Below the pieces are notes generated by a model. That model worked only from the letters and a program-made list of their open reading frames with translations, did not search any database and was not told the origin of the DNA. A stretch of 64,000 nucleotides of DNA, from the NCBI GenBank assembly GCA_050259635.1, contig JBLNBA010000001.1, positions 71,329 through 135,328 of the forward strand, read 5' to 3'. A program made the translations under genes and the position numbers. Positions within the stretch are counted from its first letter, which is position 1. Every line of letters begins with the position of its first letter. This document shows, piece after piece, positions 51,254-59,666 of this stretch. Source of the DNA: Bacillota bacterium. Its GTDB lineage: Bacteria > Patescibacteriota > Patescibacteriia > Patescibacteriales > UBA12465.

Positions 51254-51566
51254 CTGAAGCGTTTTTAGCTTCACTTGGTGATACCGTTAGCGGTTTGTGT
51301 CGGGAAAGGAAGATTTCTTCTGCTCCTGACGATTTGGTTGAGGTTTTTAATACCTTTTTTAAGTTTGGAACCTTTTTTGTTGCCCGAGCGCTTACTCGTA
51401 ATAAGTAATAGTGTTGCCTCAGGCAAAGTGCACATTTCCCCGGTTATTCCGGGCACCCCTGTCTGTGTCATGATCTGATGTTTATAAAACCATGTTGTCA
51501 ATTATTTTAAGCGGTGTCAAGCTTAATGTATTACCGGGAAAGTGCTATTTTATATTTATTGCGGGC

Positions 51567-51595
51567 TTGACTAACGAGCCGAGGAAAGATAATAT
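51567..51595 (+). promoter_or_regulatory. sigma70-type promoter for the HD-domain gene
   Basis: TTGACT, 17 nt spacer, TAATAT, ~40 nt before ATG 51635. Confidence 0.55.
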
Positions 51596-51634
51596 TCGTT
51601 GAAGTTCTTTGAAAACAAATAAACCGACCATATC

Positions 51635-52639
51635 ATGAAAACCCTTACCAATGAAAACGGGCTTGCGGCTTTTGACAGCCATAAATCGCTGGGCAGGCGC
51701 AGCCCCGCCAGTACTCCAGGAGATCCTTTTGTACAAGACATCCTTACTATTACTAATAGCAAGATTTTTATAAGGCTCGCCCGCAAGACGCAGGTCTTTA
51801 ACCCTTATCTTCCGGTAGCGAATCGTCTCACTCACACTTTACAGGTGATGGCGGTAGCCACGGAACTCTCCGCACGCTTGAAATTAAACACTCCCTTGGT
51901 GCAAGCCGCGTCCCTTTTGCATGATTGCGGGCACACTGTAATCAGCCATCTTGGAGAACAGACCTTATCCGCTTTGACTGGGAAGAATTTCCGCCATGAA
52001 ATCATGAGTGTCAATCTGGCGATAGCCAGCGGCTTGAATCTCAGTTATGAGACCCTTAAAGCTGCCTATCTGCATTCTCGGGGTGATAAGCGCATGGAAA
52101 CTCGCGGCGGACCGGAAGACAATATCGTAATGTTTGCCGATAAGCTTGCCTATGTCTTTACCGACATCGAGGACGCCTTGAAAATGAAAGTGATCGATGA
52201 AGAATCGATCAATAAAGTGAAGGGCTTCCTTGATCAGCGCGCTTGTATCGAGGCAATGATAAAAGAAAGCCTCAAACAAGGCGAAGTGAGTTTCCAGTTC
52301 AGCGAAGAAGCAAAAATCTTCTCGGACCTGAAGGACATGATGCACGTCATTTATAAGAGGGTAGACCTTACGGAAGGGAGGCAAAAACAGAAGGTAGAAA
52401 TGATCGAACTTTTCGAGCATCTGGGGGCTTATCGTGAATATTTAAAAGTCGATCCCGTCCTGGCAATCGCGCTAATGAACGACCAAGAGATGCATGATAG
52501 TTTCTTGATCATGCAACGACCTAACATCGGCAGCTTTGAGGCCATCGGCAATATGCCCTGGAAAGAACTGCATGATGAGTTTATTGGAATAAAAATATTT
52601 GAACCTGATCTCAGTCCTGACGACTTTCTTAGGGGTTAG
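51635..52639 (+). CDS. HD-domain phosphohydrolase, dGTPase/dNTP triphosphohydrolase-like
   Basis: NRLTHTLQVMAVATELS and SLLHDCGHTVISHLGE (the H...HD...D set). 334 aa. Confidence 0.7.
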   Translation: MKTLTNENGLAAFDSHKSLGRRSPASTPGDPFVQDILTITNSKIFIRLARKTQVFNPYLPVANRLTHTLQVMAVATELSARLKLNTPLVQAASLLHDCGHTVISHLGEQTLSALTGKNFRHEIMSVNLAIASGLNLSYETLKAAYLHSRGDKRMETRGGPEDNIVMFADKLAYVFTDIEDALKMKVIDEESINKVKGFLDQRACIEAMIKESLKQGEVSFQFSEEAKIFSDLKDMMHVIYKRVDLTEGRQKQKVEMIELFEHLGAYREYLKVDPVLAIALMNDQEMHDSFLIMQRPNIGSFEAIGNMPWKELHDEFIGIKIFEPDLSPDDFLRG

Positions 52640-52644
52640 ATCCC

Positions 52645-52669
52645 GGAGCTGTAAACAGCTCCTTTTTTT
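52645..52669 (+). terminator. intrinsic terminator after the HD gene
   Basis: Stem ggagctg/cagctcc followed by TTTTTTT. Confidence 0.65.
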
Positions 52670-52691
52670 AATTAGGCGTTCTGATAGTAAT

Positions 52692-52715
52692 AAAAAACAG
52701 CCCGATAAAGGCTGT
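52692..52715 (-). terminator. terminator after tRNA-Ala (bidirectional hairpin)
   Basis: Stem acagcc/ggctgt flanked by an A-run and a T-run. Confidence 0.55.
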
Positions 52716-52721
52716 TTTTTG

Positions 52722-52794
52722 TGGACTCTAGGGGATTCGAACCCCTGACCCTCTGCTTGCAAAGCAGATGCTCTACCAGCTGAGCTAAGAGCCC
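52722..52794 (-). tRNA. tRNA-Ala (anticodon TGC)
   Basis: Acceptor gggctct/agagtcc with the G3:U70 identity pair, loop ttTGCaa. Confidence 0.9.
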
Positions 52795-52837
52795 TTGGTC
52801 CCGATGAAAACCATTCTATCGGGATTAAGGCCGGTCG

Positions 52838-53077
52838 TCAATCCGGTATCAGCGGACTGAGCAGCCAGCTAAAGAAATTACTTCCATTGCCGCTCAGCAC
52901 GATGATGCCGATAAAGATGACGACCACCCCGATTAGCTTGTAGCCGAGACGGGATCCGCCGTCACTTCCTAGCTTATCTTCGAACCAGCTTATGCGGCCG
53001 AAGTTCTCTAAGAACCATTCCGTCTTTATCATCAGGGCAGCGCCAATGGCAGTGACCAAGAGGCCGGGGATGAACAT
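52838..53077 (-). CDS. hypothetical small membrane protein (79 aa)
   Basis: Two TM helices. Starts 1 nt after the stop of the upstream M23 gene. Confidence 0.45.
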   Translation of the reverse strand: MFIPGLLVTAIGAALMIKTEWFLENFGRISWFEDKLGSDGGSRLGYKLIGVVVIFIGIIVLSGNGSNFFSWLLSPLIPD

Positions 53078-53078
53078 A

Positions 53079-54248
53079 TTATTTGATGTAATTTAAAGGA
53101 TTGTATCTACTGCCGGTTATAACTACTTCGAAGTGCAGGTGTGATCCGGTTGAACGGCCGGTGGATCCCATGAGGGCGATGAGCTGTCCTTTTTCTACCT
53201 CCTCGCCTTTTTTCACCAGTAGTTTGGAGGCGTGTCCATAACGGGTTTTCTTGCCTCCGCCGTGGTTGATAAGGATCGTGTTCCCATAGCCGCCATTATA
53301 ACCGCCCTGCGAAATCTCAACGACACCGGAATCCGCGGCATATATAGGCGTGCCGATCTTATTGGCGATATCGACGCCGTTATGCTTCCAAGAGAAGTAT
53401 TGGGTAATGCGGTGGCCTTGAGTCGGCCAAACCATCTTGTTGCCGCTTACCTTTGGCTTATCTGAGGATACAATATCTTTTATGACGGCGATACCGGAAT
53501 AACTGCTCTGAGTGGATCTCGTTGGGGAAGAGGCAACCGAGGTTCTCCTTGTACCGGGAATGATAAGCTGCTGACCGGCGGCAATCGTACCGGCATCGTT
53601 CAGGTTGTTGCTGGCGATAATCTTGTCGGCGCTGGTGTCATAATCACGGGCAAGCTTCCCGAGGGTGTCGCCACGTTTTACCGTGTAGATAAAGCCGTCC
53701 GTCGGGAGAATCTTAAGATCGTCGCCAATCCGGATGATGCTGAAAGCGGTCAGGTCATTAGCCCAAAGGACGGTATTGACATTTAAGCCGAAGCGACGGG
53801 CGATAGTGCTAATCGTATCGCCGGAGCTGACGGTATAGGTGATGACAGAATTACGTTTGGCCGGTTCTTGGGATGTGCTTCCCTCAGATGATCCGGGTGA
53901 TATTCCTCTGGGGTTTTCCAGCATGTTGCCGTCTTTAGCGATAACAGAAATTTCCGGCTCTTCTTCGGCGGGCGAGATTCCTTTGGGAGCGACGACCGCC
54001 GGGCGGCGGCTAAGATAGCGGTCTCCGCCGATTTGCAGGGAAGGGACCGAAGCGGTTTCTTCTATTAACTCGTCGTTGTTGCTGCCGACATCGCTGAATT
54101 CATTCTGTACTACCTGTGCCATGACGCTCTGTTTGGTCTTGCCCACGGCGGCGCTGGCCTGTTTTTTGTCGGTTAAGTTGAGAATGATGGCGAAAATGAT
54201 AAGGGCAAAGGCGGCCACGTGGAAGGATTTTTTATGCAAGAGCTCCAT
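53079..54248 (-). CDS. LysM-domain M23 metallopeptidase (start uncertain, see findings)
   Basis: Two LysM repeats (YTVSSGDTISTIARRFG, YTVKRGDTLGKLARDYD). M23 motifs HNGVDIA and GSTGRSTGSHLHFEV. Confidence 0.85.
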   Translation of the reverse strand: MELLHKKSFHVAAFALIIFAIILNLTDKKQASAAVGKTKQSVMAQVVQNEFSDVGSNNDELIEETASVPSLQIGGDRYLSRRPAVVAPKGISPAEEEPEISVIAKDGNMLENPRGISPGSSEGSTSQEPAKRNSVITYTVSSGDTISTIARRFGLNVNTVLWANDLTAFSIIRIGDDLKILPTDGFIYTVKRGDTLGKLARDYDTSADKIIASNNLNDAGTIAAGQQLIIPGTRRTSVASSPTRSTQSSYSGIAVIKDIVSSDKPKVSGNKMVWPTQGHRITQYFSWKHNGVDIANKIGTPIYAADSGVVEISQGGYNGGYGNTILINHGGGKKTRYGHASKLLVKKGEEVEKGQLIALMGSTGRSTGSHLHFEVVITGSRYNPLNYIK

Positions 54249-54492
54249 CTTTGACTGATCCCCTAAGTCATATTTCTTTACCCGGAAGATAAGGTAATAT
54301 AGCTTAACGGCCGGCCGGTAGAGCAGGAGTTTCCCTAACCAAAAAAACGGCTGGAATAGAGCCGGTATTAATTTGGCGATCAGATCTTTGAGTCCGATGA
54401 CAAGTTTTAGGATTATGAGAAGCGATTCGATCGCGAATTTCTTGGCTTTGAGGTTTTTTTTCCGGGCAATATTATTTAATGATTACGCGATT

Positions 54493-54522
54493 ATACTATC
54501 ACCTTTGCGCTTCAACCGTCAA
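54493..54522 (-). promoter_or_regulatory. sigma70-type promoter for the M23 peptidase gene
   Basis: On minus: TTGACG, 18 nt spacer, TG-a-TAGTAT, overlapping a TATAAT at 54495-54490. The predicted start lies ~240 nt upstream of ATG 54248. Confidence 0.45.
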
Positions 54523-54597
54523 TTTGCGCCATCACCTATTTCTCTGTTATAATGAGTGAAAAAGCGTTTATTTAGCGATAATTTTAAGCAATAATCT

Positions 54598-55335
54598 ATG
54601 CATAAGCTAGTCCTGCTCCGCCACGGCGAGAGCGTTTGGAATGAAAAGGGACTCTTTACCGGCTGGACGGACGTCGATTTGAGCCAACATGGCCTGACGG
54701 AGGCCAAGATCGCCGGGAAAAAGCTCAAGAAAGCCGGTTTCCATTTCGATGCTGCCTATAGTTCTTATTTGAAACGAGCCGTAAAGACCTTGGATATCGT
54801 TCTTGAGGAAATGGATGAGCTTTGGCTACCGGTAGCTAAGGATTGGCGGCTCAACGAAAGGCATTACGGCAATCTCCAAGGCTTGAATAAGAAGCAGATG
54901 GCGAAGAAGTTTGGAGAAGAACAGGTAAAAATCTGGCGCCGTAGCTATGACGTCCGGCCTCCGAAGATCGATTCTAAGAATAAATTCAATCAGAAGAGAG
55001 ATGCTAGGTATAAAGGGATAAAGGTCCCGGAAGCGGAGAGTCTCAAGGATGTGGTCGCTCGGGTGCAGCCGATTTGGGACAAAGAACTGAAACACCACAT
55101 AAATGACGGTTACAGCCTCTTAATCGCGGCTTCCGGAAACAGCCTTCGGGCTTTAGTAAAGATCATTGAGGGTATGCCGGATAAGGAAATTGTGGAATTT
55201 AACATCCCAACCGCCATACCGCTCGTTTATGAATTGGACAATAAGCTGAAGCCCGTGAAACGCTATTATCTCGCCAGCGCCAAGGAGTTGAAGGAAGCGA
55301 CAGATAAGGTAAAGAACCAAGGAAAAAGTAAGTAA
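54598..55335 (+). CDS. gpmA: 2,3-bisphosphoglycerate-dependent phosphoglycerate mutase
   Basis: LVLLRHGESVWNEKGLFTGWTDVDLS phosphohistidine motif. 245 aa. Confidence 0.9.
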   Translation: MHKLVLLRHGESVWNEKGLFTGWTDVDLSQHGLTEAKIAGKKLKKAGFHFDAAYSSYLKRAVKTLDIVLEEMDELWLPVAKDWRLNERHYGNLQGLNKKQMAKKFGEEQVKIWRRSYDVRPPKIDSKNKFNQKRDARYKGIKVPEAESLKDVVARVQPIWDKELKHHINDGYSLLIAASGNSLRALVKIIEGMPDKEIVEFNIPTAIPLVYELDNKLKPVKRYYLASAKELKEATDKVKNQGKSK

Positions 55336-55345
55336 AATTAAATAA

Positions 55346-55373
55346 AAATCCTCTGAAATATCAGGGGATTTTT
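55346..55373 (+). terminator. intrinsic terminator after gpmA
   Basis: Stem aatcctctg/caggggatt followed by a T-run. Confidence 0.6.
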
Positions 55374-55393
55374 AGTAGGATAAATAACGCTTA

Positions 55394-55422
55394 TTGACAT
55401 ATAAATATATTTATGTTATAAT
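55394..55422 (+). promoter_or_regulatory. perfect-consensus sigma70 promoter
   Basis: TTGACA, 17 nt spacer, TATAAT. Confidence 0.65.
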
Positions 55423-55470
55423 CATCTTAGTTATTTAAAAAAACAAGTAAACCACCTAAAGTATCAGAAA

Positions 55471-55812
55471 ATGTCAAGAAATGAAAGGTTAAGCCGTAAA
55501 GATGCGCTTAAGCACATCATCCTACTAGTAGGTATCCCTATCGCCCTGTATCTTCTTGGTCAGTTCCTTCCAGAAGGACACCGCCCCAGTCTCTTTTTTC
55601 TTCTTCTTGTTTCCCTAGCAACATCGGGGAAAAAATTGTCTTCGCTTAGAAGTGTATTACCTCCTTTCAGGCGTCGATTGATAAGGAGAGGAGCTGCCAT
55701 ATTTACAGGAAACATGTTGTATTTTTTTGGCATAGCAAGTGATTATGCCGGTTACTATTTAAGGATAGATAAGAGGAAAATAATCATTACCTCTTATAGG
55801 CATTGTTTCTAA
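55471..55812 (+). CDS. hypothetical membrane protein (113 aa, orphan)
   Basis: Has its own consensus promoter and terminator and 2-3 hydrophobic helices. No motif recognised. Confidence 0.45.
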   Translation: MSRNERLSRKDALKHIILLVGIPIALYLLGQFLPEGHRPSLFFLLLVSLATSGKKLSSLRSVLPPFRRRLIRRGAAIFTGNMLYFFGIASDYAGYYLRIDKRKIIITSYRHCF

Positions 55813-55818
55813 AAAAAT

Positions 55819-55846
55819 AAAGCTATCGTTACCGGTAGCTTTTTTC
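55819..55846 (+). terminator. intrinsic terminator
   Basis: Stem agctatcg/cggtagct followed by TTTTT. Confidence 0.55.
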
Positions 55847-55851
55847 TATAC

Positions 55852-55880
55852 AAAAAAGCGCCAGTTTGAATTTAGGCGCT
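55852..55880 (-). terminator. terminator after the SIS-like gene
   Basis: Stem agcgcc/ggcgct with flanking A-run and T-run. Confidence 0.5.
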
Positions 55881-55905
55881 TTTTAATATCTCTTTTCTAT
55901 TTTGA

Positions 55906-56859
55906 TTAATTTCCGGGTACGATAACAGGGAATGGCTTCGATCCTTCGTATGCTTTATAGCCGTAGTCCGTGCAGAAGTTCTTGATGTGCTTGCCGAAGT
56001 AGTCCGGCTTCCCGTCTTGGATAAGCCCGATAAGGAAATATCCCACAGACATCATCCAGGCGATGCCGGCAGATCTAGGAACGTTGATTTCCAGGCGGCT
56101 TTTCTGGTGTCCAAAGTATTCGTTCTTGCCGAAGCTGATTACCAGTTCATCTTTTTCCCGGACAACGAATTTTGCATGTCTGGCCTCGCCGAAAGTGCAG
56201 GCGCGCAGAGAAACATTAGGTCCGAAGAGCTCATTGCGCTTTATTTCTAGCATAGGGGCGATAGATCCGAATTCGTCCGGGACAATGAAAGAGTATGCGC
56301 GATATTTCTTGAAGTTGAATGGTAATTTGAGTTTAAGAATCGAGGCAGCGATATCGCCAGGTTTTTCTTTACTTGAGGCTATGAGCATGCCGAGATAGGT
56401 GGAAACGTTGTAGGTGTATGGTTCCGCCAGTTTGCGGAAGAAATGAGATTCATCGGCAAGCTTTGCGGCGGTTGATTCCGGTGAGCAGGTGAGCAGAACG
56501 GTTTTTAGCCCGACTTTTTTGGTGGCCTTTATTTCCCAGACCGAATCCTTCTCGCCGGAGGCGGAGATGACAACAGCGTGTGTGATGTCTTTATGGGCGA
56601 TGAGGCTGCGGTAATCTTTAAGCTGGCGGCGGAAATTGCTTTCATTGGCAAATATGGCTTTACGTCCAGAAAACATCGCAAGACCGGCGTTTATCGCATT
56701 GCCGCTGCCAACGACGATCGGAAAGGAGTATTTCTTCAGGTCTAAGGCAACCGGCCTGTTCGCTTTAAAAAAATCCAGTGCTTTCAGAACGCTTAGATTA
56801 AGAGTCTCGAGCTTATGCTTCTCCATAATATTTTTCCCTAATTTTATTGATGTTTCCAT
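55906..56859 (-). CDS. SIS-domain-like protein (possible sugar-phosphate isomerase)
   Basis: PIVVGSGNAINAGLAM and VVISASGEKDSVWEIKATKKVGLKTVLLT resemble the SIS phosphosugar-binding fold. The call is tentative. Confidence 0.4.
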   Translation of the reverse strand: METSIKLGKNIMEKHKLETLNLSVLKALDFFKANRPVALDLKKYSFPIVVGSGNAINAGLAMFSGRKAIFANESNFRRQLKDYRSLIAHKDITHAVVISASGEKDSVWEIKATKKVGLKTVLLTCSPESTAAKLADESHFFRKLAEPYTYNVSTYLGMLIASSKEKPGDIAASILKLKLPFNFKKYRAYSFIVPDEFGSIAPMLEIKRNELFGPNVSLRACTFGEARHAKFVVREKDELVISFGKNEYFGHQKSRLEINVPRSAGIAWMMSVGYFLIGLIQDGKPDYFGKHIKNFCTDYGYKAYEGSKPFPVIVPGN

Positions 56860-56926
56860 TATAGCGGTTATTGATTTTTATTTCAATTTACGATAAGATG
56901 TCTGGGTAATAATTAATATCTAAGCT

Positions 56927-57649
56927 ATGTCCGGACATTCTAAATGGGCGACGACTCATCGGCAAAAAGAATTAGTCGATGCCAAGCGTGGTGCTATTTT
57001 TACAAAGTTAGCCAATATCATATCGATTGCGGCCAAAAGAGGCGGTGATCCGGCTGCTAATCCTAGTCTGCGAGCCGCTATTGATCGTGCCCGGGAAGCG
57101 AGCATGCCTAAAGATAATATTGAACGGGCGATCAAGAAAGGAACCGGCGAATTAGGCGGAGACCAGATAGAAGAACTGTATTATGAAGGAGTCGGCCCGG
57201 CCGGAGTCCAGGTTATCGTCAAATGCGTTACCGATAACCGCAATCGCAGCGGTTCTACCGTGCGCCATATATTTACTAAGAATGGCGGCGCTTTTAGTTC
57301 GGTAATGTGGAACTTCGAACAAGCCGGCGTTTTCATGATCAGCCAAGAGTCTTTGAAAGAAAAGAATATCGATCCCGAAGATTTCGAGCTTGAATTGATC
57401 GACGGCGGCGCCAGTGACATTTCTAAGGCGGCGGAAGGCATTACGATTTACACCGCTTTAGGCGATTTCCAGAAAATGCAGGATTTCTTAAAGGCAAAGG
57501 GGCTTAAGACGGAATCTGCTCAGGTAGAATATGTAGCCAAAGAAAAAGTGAGCTTATCTGAGGATGACCAGGTGAAAACCGATAAGTTTTTGGAAGAATT
57601 CGATGACAACGAAGATGTGAGCGATTATTATACTAATCTTGCCGATTAG
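56927..57649 (+). CDS. yebC: YebC/PmpR-family transcriptional regulator
   Basis: MSGHSKWATTHRQKELVDAKRGAIFTKL. 240 aa. Confidence 0.9.
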   Translation: MSGHSKWATTHRQKELVDAKRGAIFTKLANIISIAAKRGGDPAANPSLRAAIDRAREASMPKDNIERAIKKGTGELGGDQIEELYYEGVGPAGVQVIVKCVTDNRNRSGSTVRHIFTKNGGAFSSVMWNFEQAGVFMISQESLKEKNIDPEDFELELIDGGASDISKAAEGITIYTALGDFQKMQDFLKAKGLKTESAQVEYVAKEKVSLSEDDQVKTDKFLEEFDDNEDVSDYYTNLAD

Positions 57650-57710
57650 CTTTTTAAGTCAGTCTGATTATGGCTCGGCGAGAATAATATTCTCTGCCGA
57701 GCCGCTATTT

Positions 57711-58193
57711 ATGCAAAAGATCATACTCGGAATCGATCCCGGGATCGCCGATACGGGCTATGGTTTCATCCGCGTGTGCGGGACATCCTTAGAGTGCTTG
57801 GAATACGGATCGATTAAGACTCCGGCGCATACCGAACTGTCCGAGAGGCTACAGACCCTTTATGTGGAGTTGCAGCGGCTGATTAAAAAGCATAATCCTC
57901 AAGGAGCGGCGATCGAACAATTGTTTTTCAATAAGAATGTGAGTACCGCCTTGATTGTCGGGCAAGCGCGAGGCGTCGCCTTGCTAGCCTTGAAACAGGC
58001 CGGTGTACCGCTGGTGGATTTTACTCCTTCGCAAATAAAGCAGTCGGTGTCTTCTTATGGCCAGGCATCTAAGAATCAGGTTCAAAGGATGGTGAAAATG
58101 ATCTTGGGGCTTGAAACAATACCGAAGCCGGACGATGCCGCCGATGCGCTGGCGGCCGCCATTTGCGGCGCTAATTACCGTTTTGCCAAATAA
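57711..58193 (+). CDS. ruvC: Holliday junction resolvase RuvC
   Basis: ILGIDPGIADTGYG and DDAADALAAA catalytic motifs. ATG 57711 is preferred. Confidence 0.9.
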   Translation: MQKIILGIDPGIADTGYGFIRVCGTSLECLEYGSIKTPAHTELSERLQTLYVELQRLIKKHNPQGAAIEQLFFNKNVSTALIVGQARGVALLALKQAGVPLVDFTPSQIKQSVSSYGQASKNQVQRMVKMILGLETIPKPDDAADALAAAICGANYRFAK

Positions 58194-58196
58194 TAT

Positions 58197-59666
58197 ATGG
58201 CCAAGGCCTTAAAGATAGTACATATCGCCTCGGAAGCTGCCCCTTTTTCTAAGACGGGCGGCCTAGGTGACGTGGCTCGTAGTTTGCCTAAGGCGCAAAA
58301 GCGCTTGGGTCATGATGTCTGCTTGATTACGCCGCTATATGCCAAGGCGGTGGACAAGAAAGAACATCATCTCAAGCTTCTTTTCGCGGACGTGAAACTC
58401 AGATTGAATTCGACGGAGACGATCAGCGTAAATTTTTGGCAAGGGCAGCTTATGGAAGATTTACCTGCTTATTTCGTGGAATGTCCAAAATATTTTTCCA
58501 AGCACAAGCGATTATATGGTTCAAGCCATGAAAACGCCCGCTTCTTGGTATTCAGCGTGGCCTCTTTAAAACTTTTGTCACTGATCAAGTTCAAGGCGGA
58601 CATCGTCCATTGCCATGATTGGCAGACCGGTCTCATTCCGTATTATCTGAAACATGACTTCCGTTATTCTAAGACCTTGAAAGATGCTAAGAGCGTCTTT
58701 ACCATCCATAACCTTATATTCCAACTGGGGCATAATTGGTGGGAAATACCGCCGGAGAGGAAAGATTATGGCCGGGGGTCTATTCCACATCTGAGCGATC
58801 CTAAGCTGGAGGATATTAACTTTGCTAAACGCGGCATATTATCAGCCGATATCATAAATACCGTGAGCGAGCAATATCGCTCGGAAATCATGACCAAGAA
58901 ATTCGGTCAGGATTTGCATCGTATCTTGCGCAACCGTTCCGATCGTCTTTTCGGTATCGTTAACGGCATCGACTACAATGCTTATAATCCTGAAAAAGAT
59001 GAACTATTAGTTCAGCGTTATAGCGCCAGATCATTAGGGAAACGTTTGTCCGCCAAGAAGGCGAACAAAGTCGCTTTCCAAAAGAAGGTCGGCTTGCCGC
59101 AGGAAGCTCTTACCCCCATGCTCTGTACTACTTCCCGGGTGACTTTCCAAAAAGGATTCAGTCTCATCCTTGAAATCATGCCGGCTCTCTTGCGCCTTGA
59201 TGCCCAGTTTGTCTTTATGGGTGACGGTAGCAAGGAATATATCCAGCCGCTTAAGAAGTTGCAGAAAAAATTCGGCCGCAAACTCATCTGGCTGCCTTTT
59301 GACGAGAAATTGGAAACCGCCCTATACGCCGCTTCCGACCTATTCCTTTTGCCTTCCAATCATGAACCTTGCGGTATTAACCAGCTTATCGCCATGCGTT
59401 ATGGCTGTATTCCGGTTGTCCGAGAGATCGGAGGCTTATATGACACGGTGGAGGATTATAATCCGGCAACCGGCCGGGGTAATGGTTTTACCTTTGATGA
59501 AGAGCATGGTTTGGAATTCTTCGGAGCGATTATCCGAGCTTTAGAAAATTACCAGCATCGCCCTTCCTGGGAGGCTTTAGTCCGACAGGTAATGGAACAG
59601 TCTAACAGCTGGGAGATCCCGGCTAAGAAATATATCCAGCTCTATCGCCGGGTAAAGAAATTATGA
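58197..59666 (+). CDS. glgA: glycogen/starch synthase (GT5)
   Basis: N-terminal SEAAPFSKTGGLGDV motif. 489 aa. Confidence 0.9.
   Translation: MAKALKIVHIASEAAPFSKTGGLGDVARSLPKAQKRLGHDVCLITPLYAKAVDKKEHHLKLLFADVKLRLNSTETISVNFWQGQLMEDLPAYFVECPKYFSKHKRLYGSSHENARFLVFSVASLKLLSLIKFKADIVHCHDWQTGLIPYYLKHDFRYSKTLKDAKSVFTIHNLIFQLGHNWWEIPPERKDYGRGSIPHLSDPKLEDINFAKRGILSADIINTVSEQYRSEIMTKKFGQDLHRILRNRSDRLFGIVNGIDYNAYNPEKDELLVQRYSARSLGKRLSAKKANKVAFQKKVGLPQEALTPMLCTTSRVTFQKGFSLILEIMPALLRLDAQFVFMGDGSKEYIQPLKKLQKKFGRKLIWLPFDEKLETALYAASDLFLLPSNHEPCGINQLIAMRYGCIPVVREIGGLYDTVEDYNPATGRGNGFTFDEEHGLEFFGAIIRALENYQHRPSWEALVRQVMEQSNSWEIPAKKYIQLYRRVKKL

Noticed and set aside
50965-51408. 147-aa plus-strand ORF spanning the polA 5' end and intergenic region
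   Set aside because: It is antisense to polA for half its length and crosses the minus-strand terminator and promoter. It has no motif or start context.
51254-51560. SRP (4.5S/6S-like) RNA or RNase P RNA in the polA/HD intergenic region
   Set aside because: The region contains GUCAGG and AGCAG, but on the same strand of one hairpin. The SRP domain IV GGAA-tetraloop arrangement (GGAAGCAGC) is missing, and so is the RNase P GAGGAAAGUCCGG motif. It is kept only as an unassigned unit in the findings.
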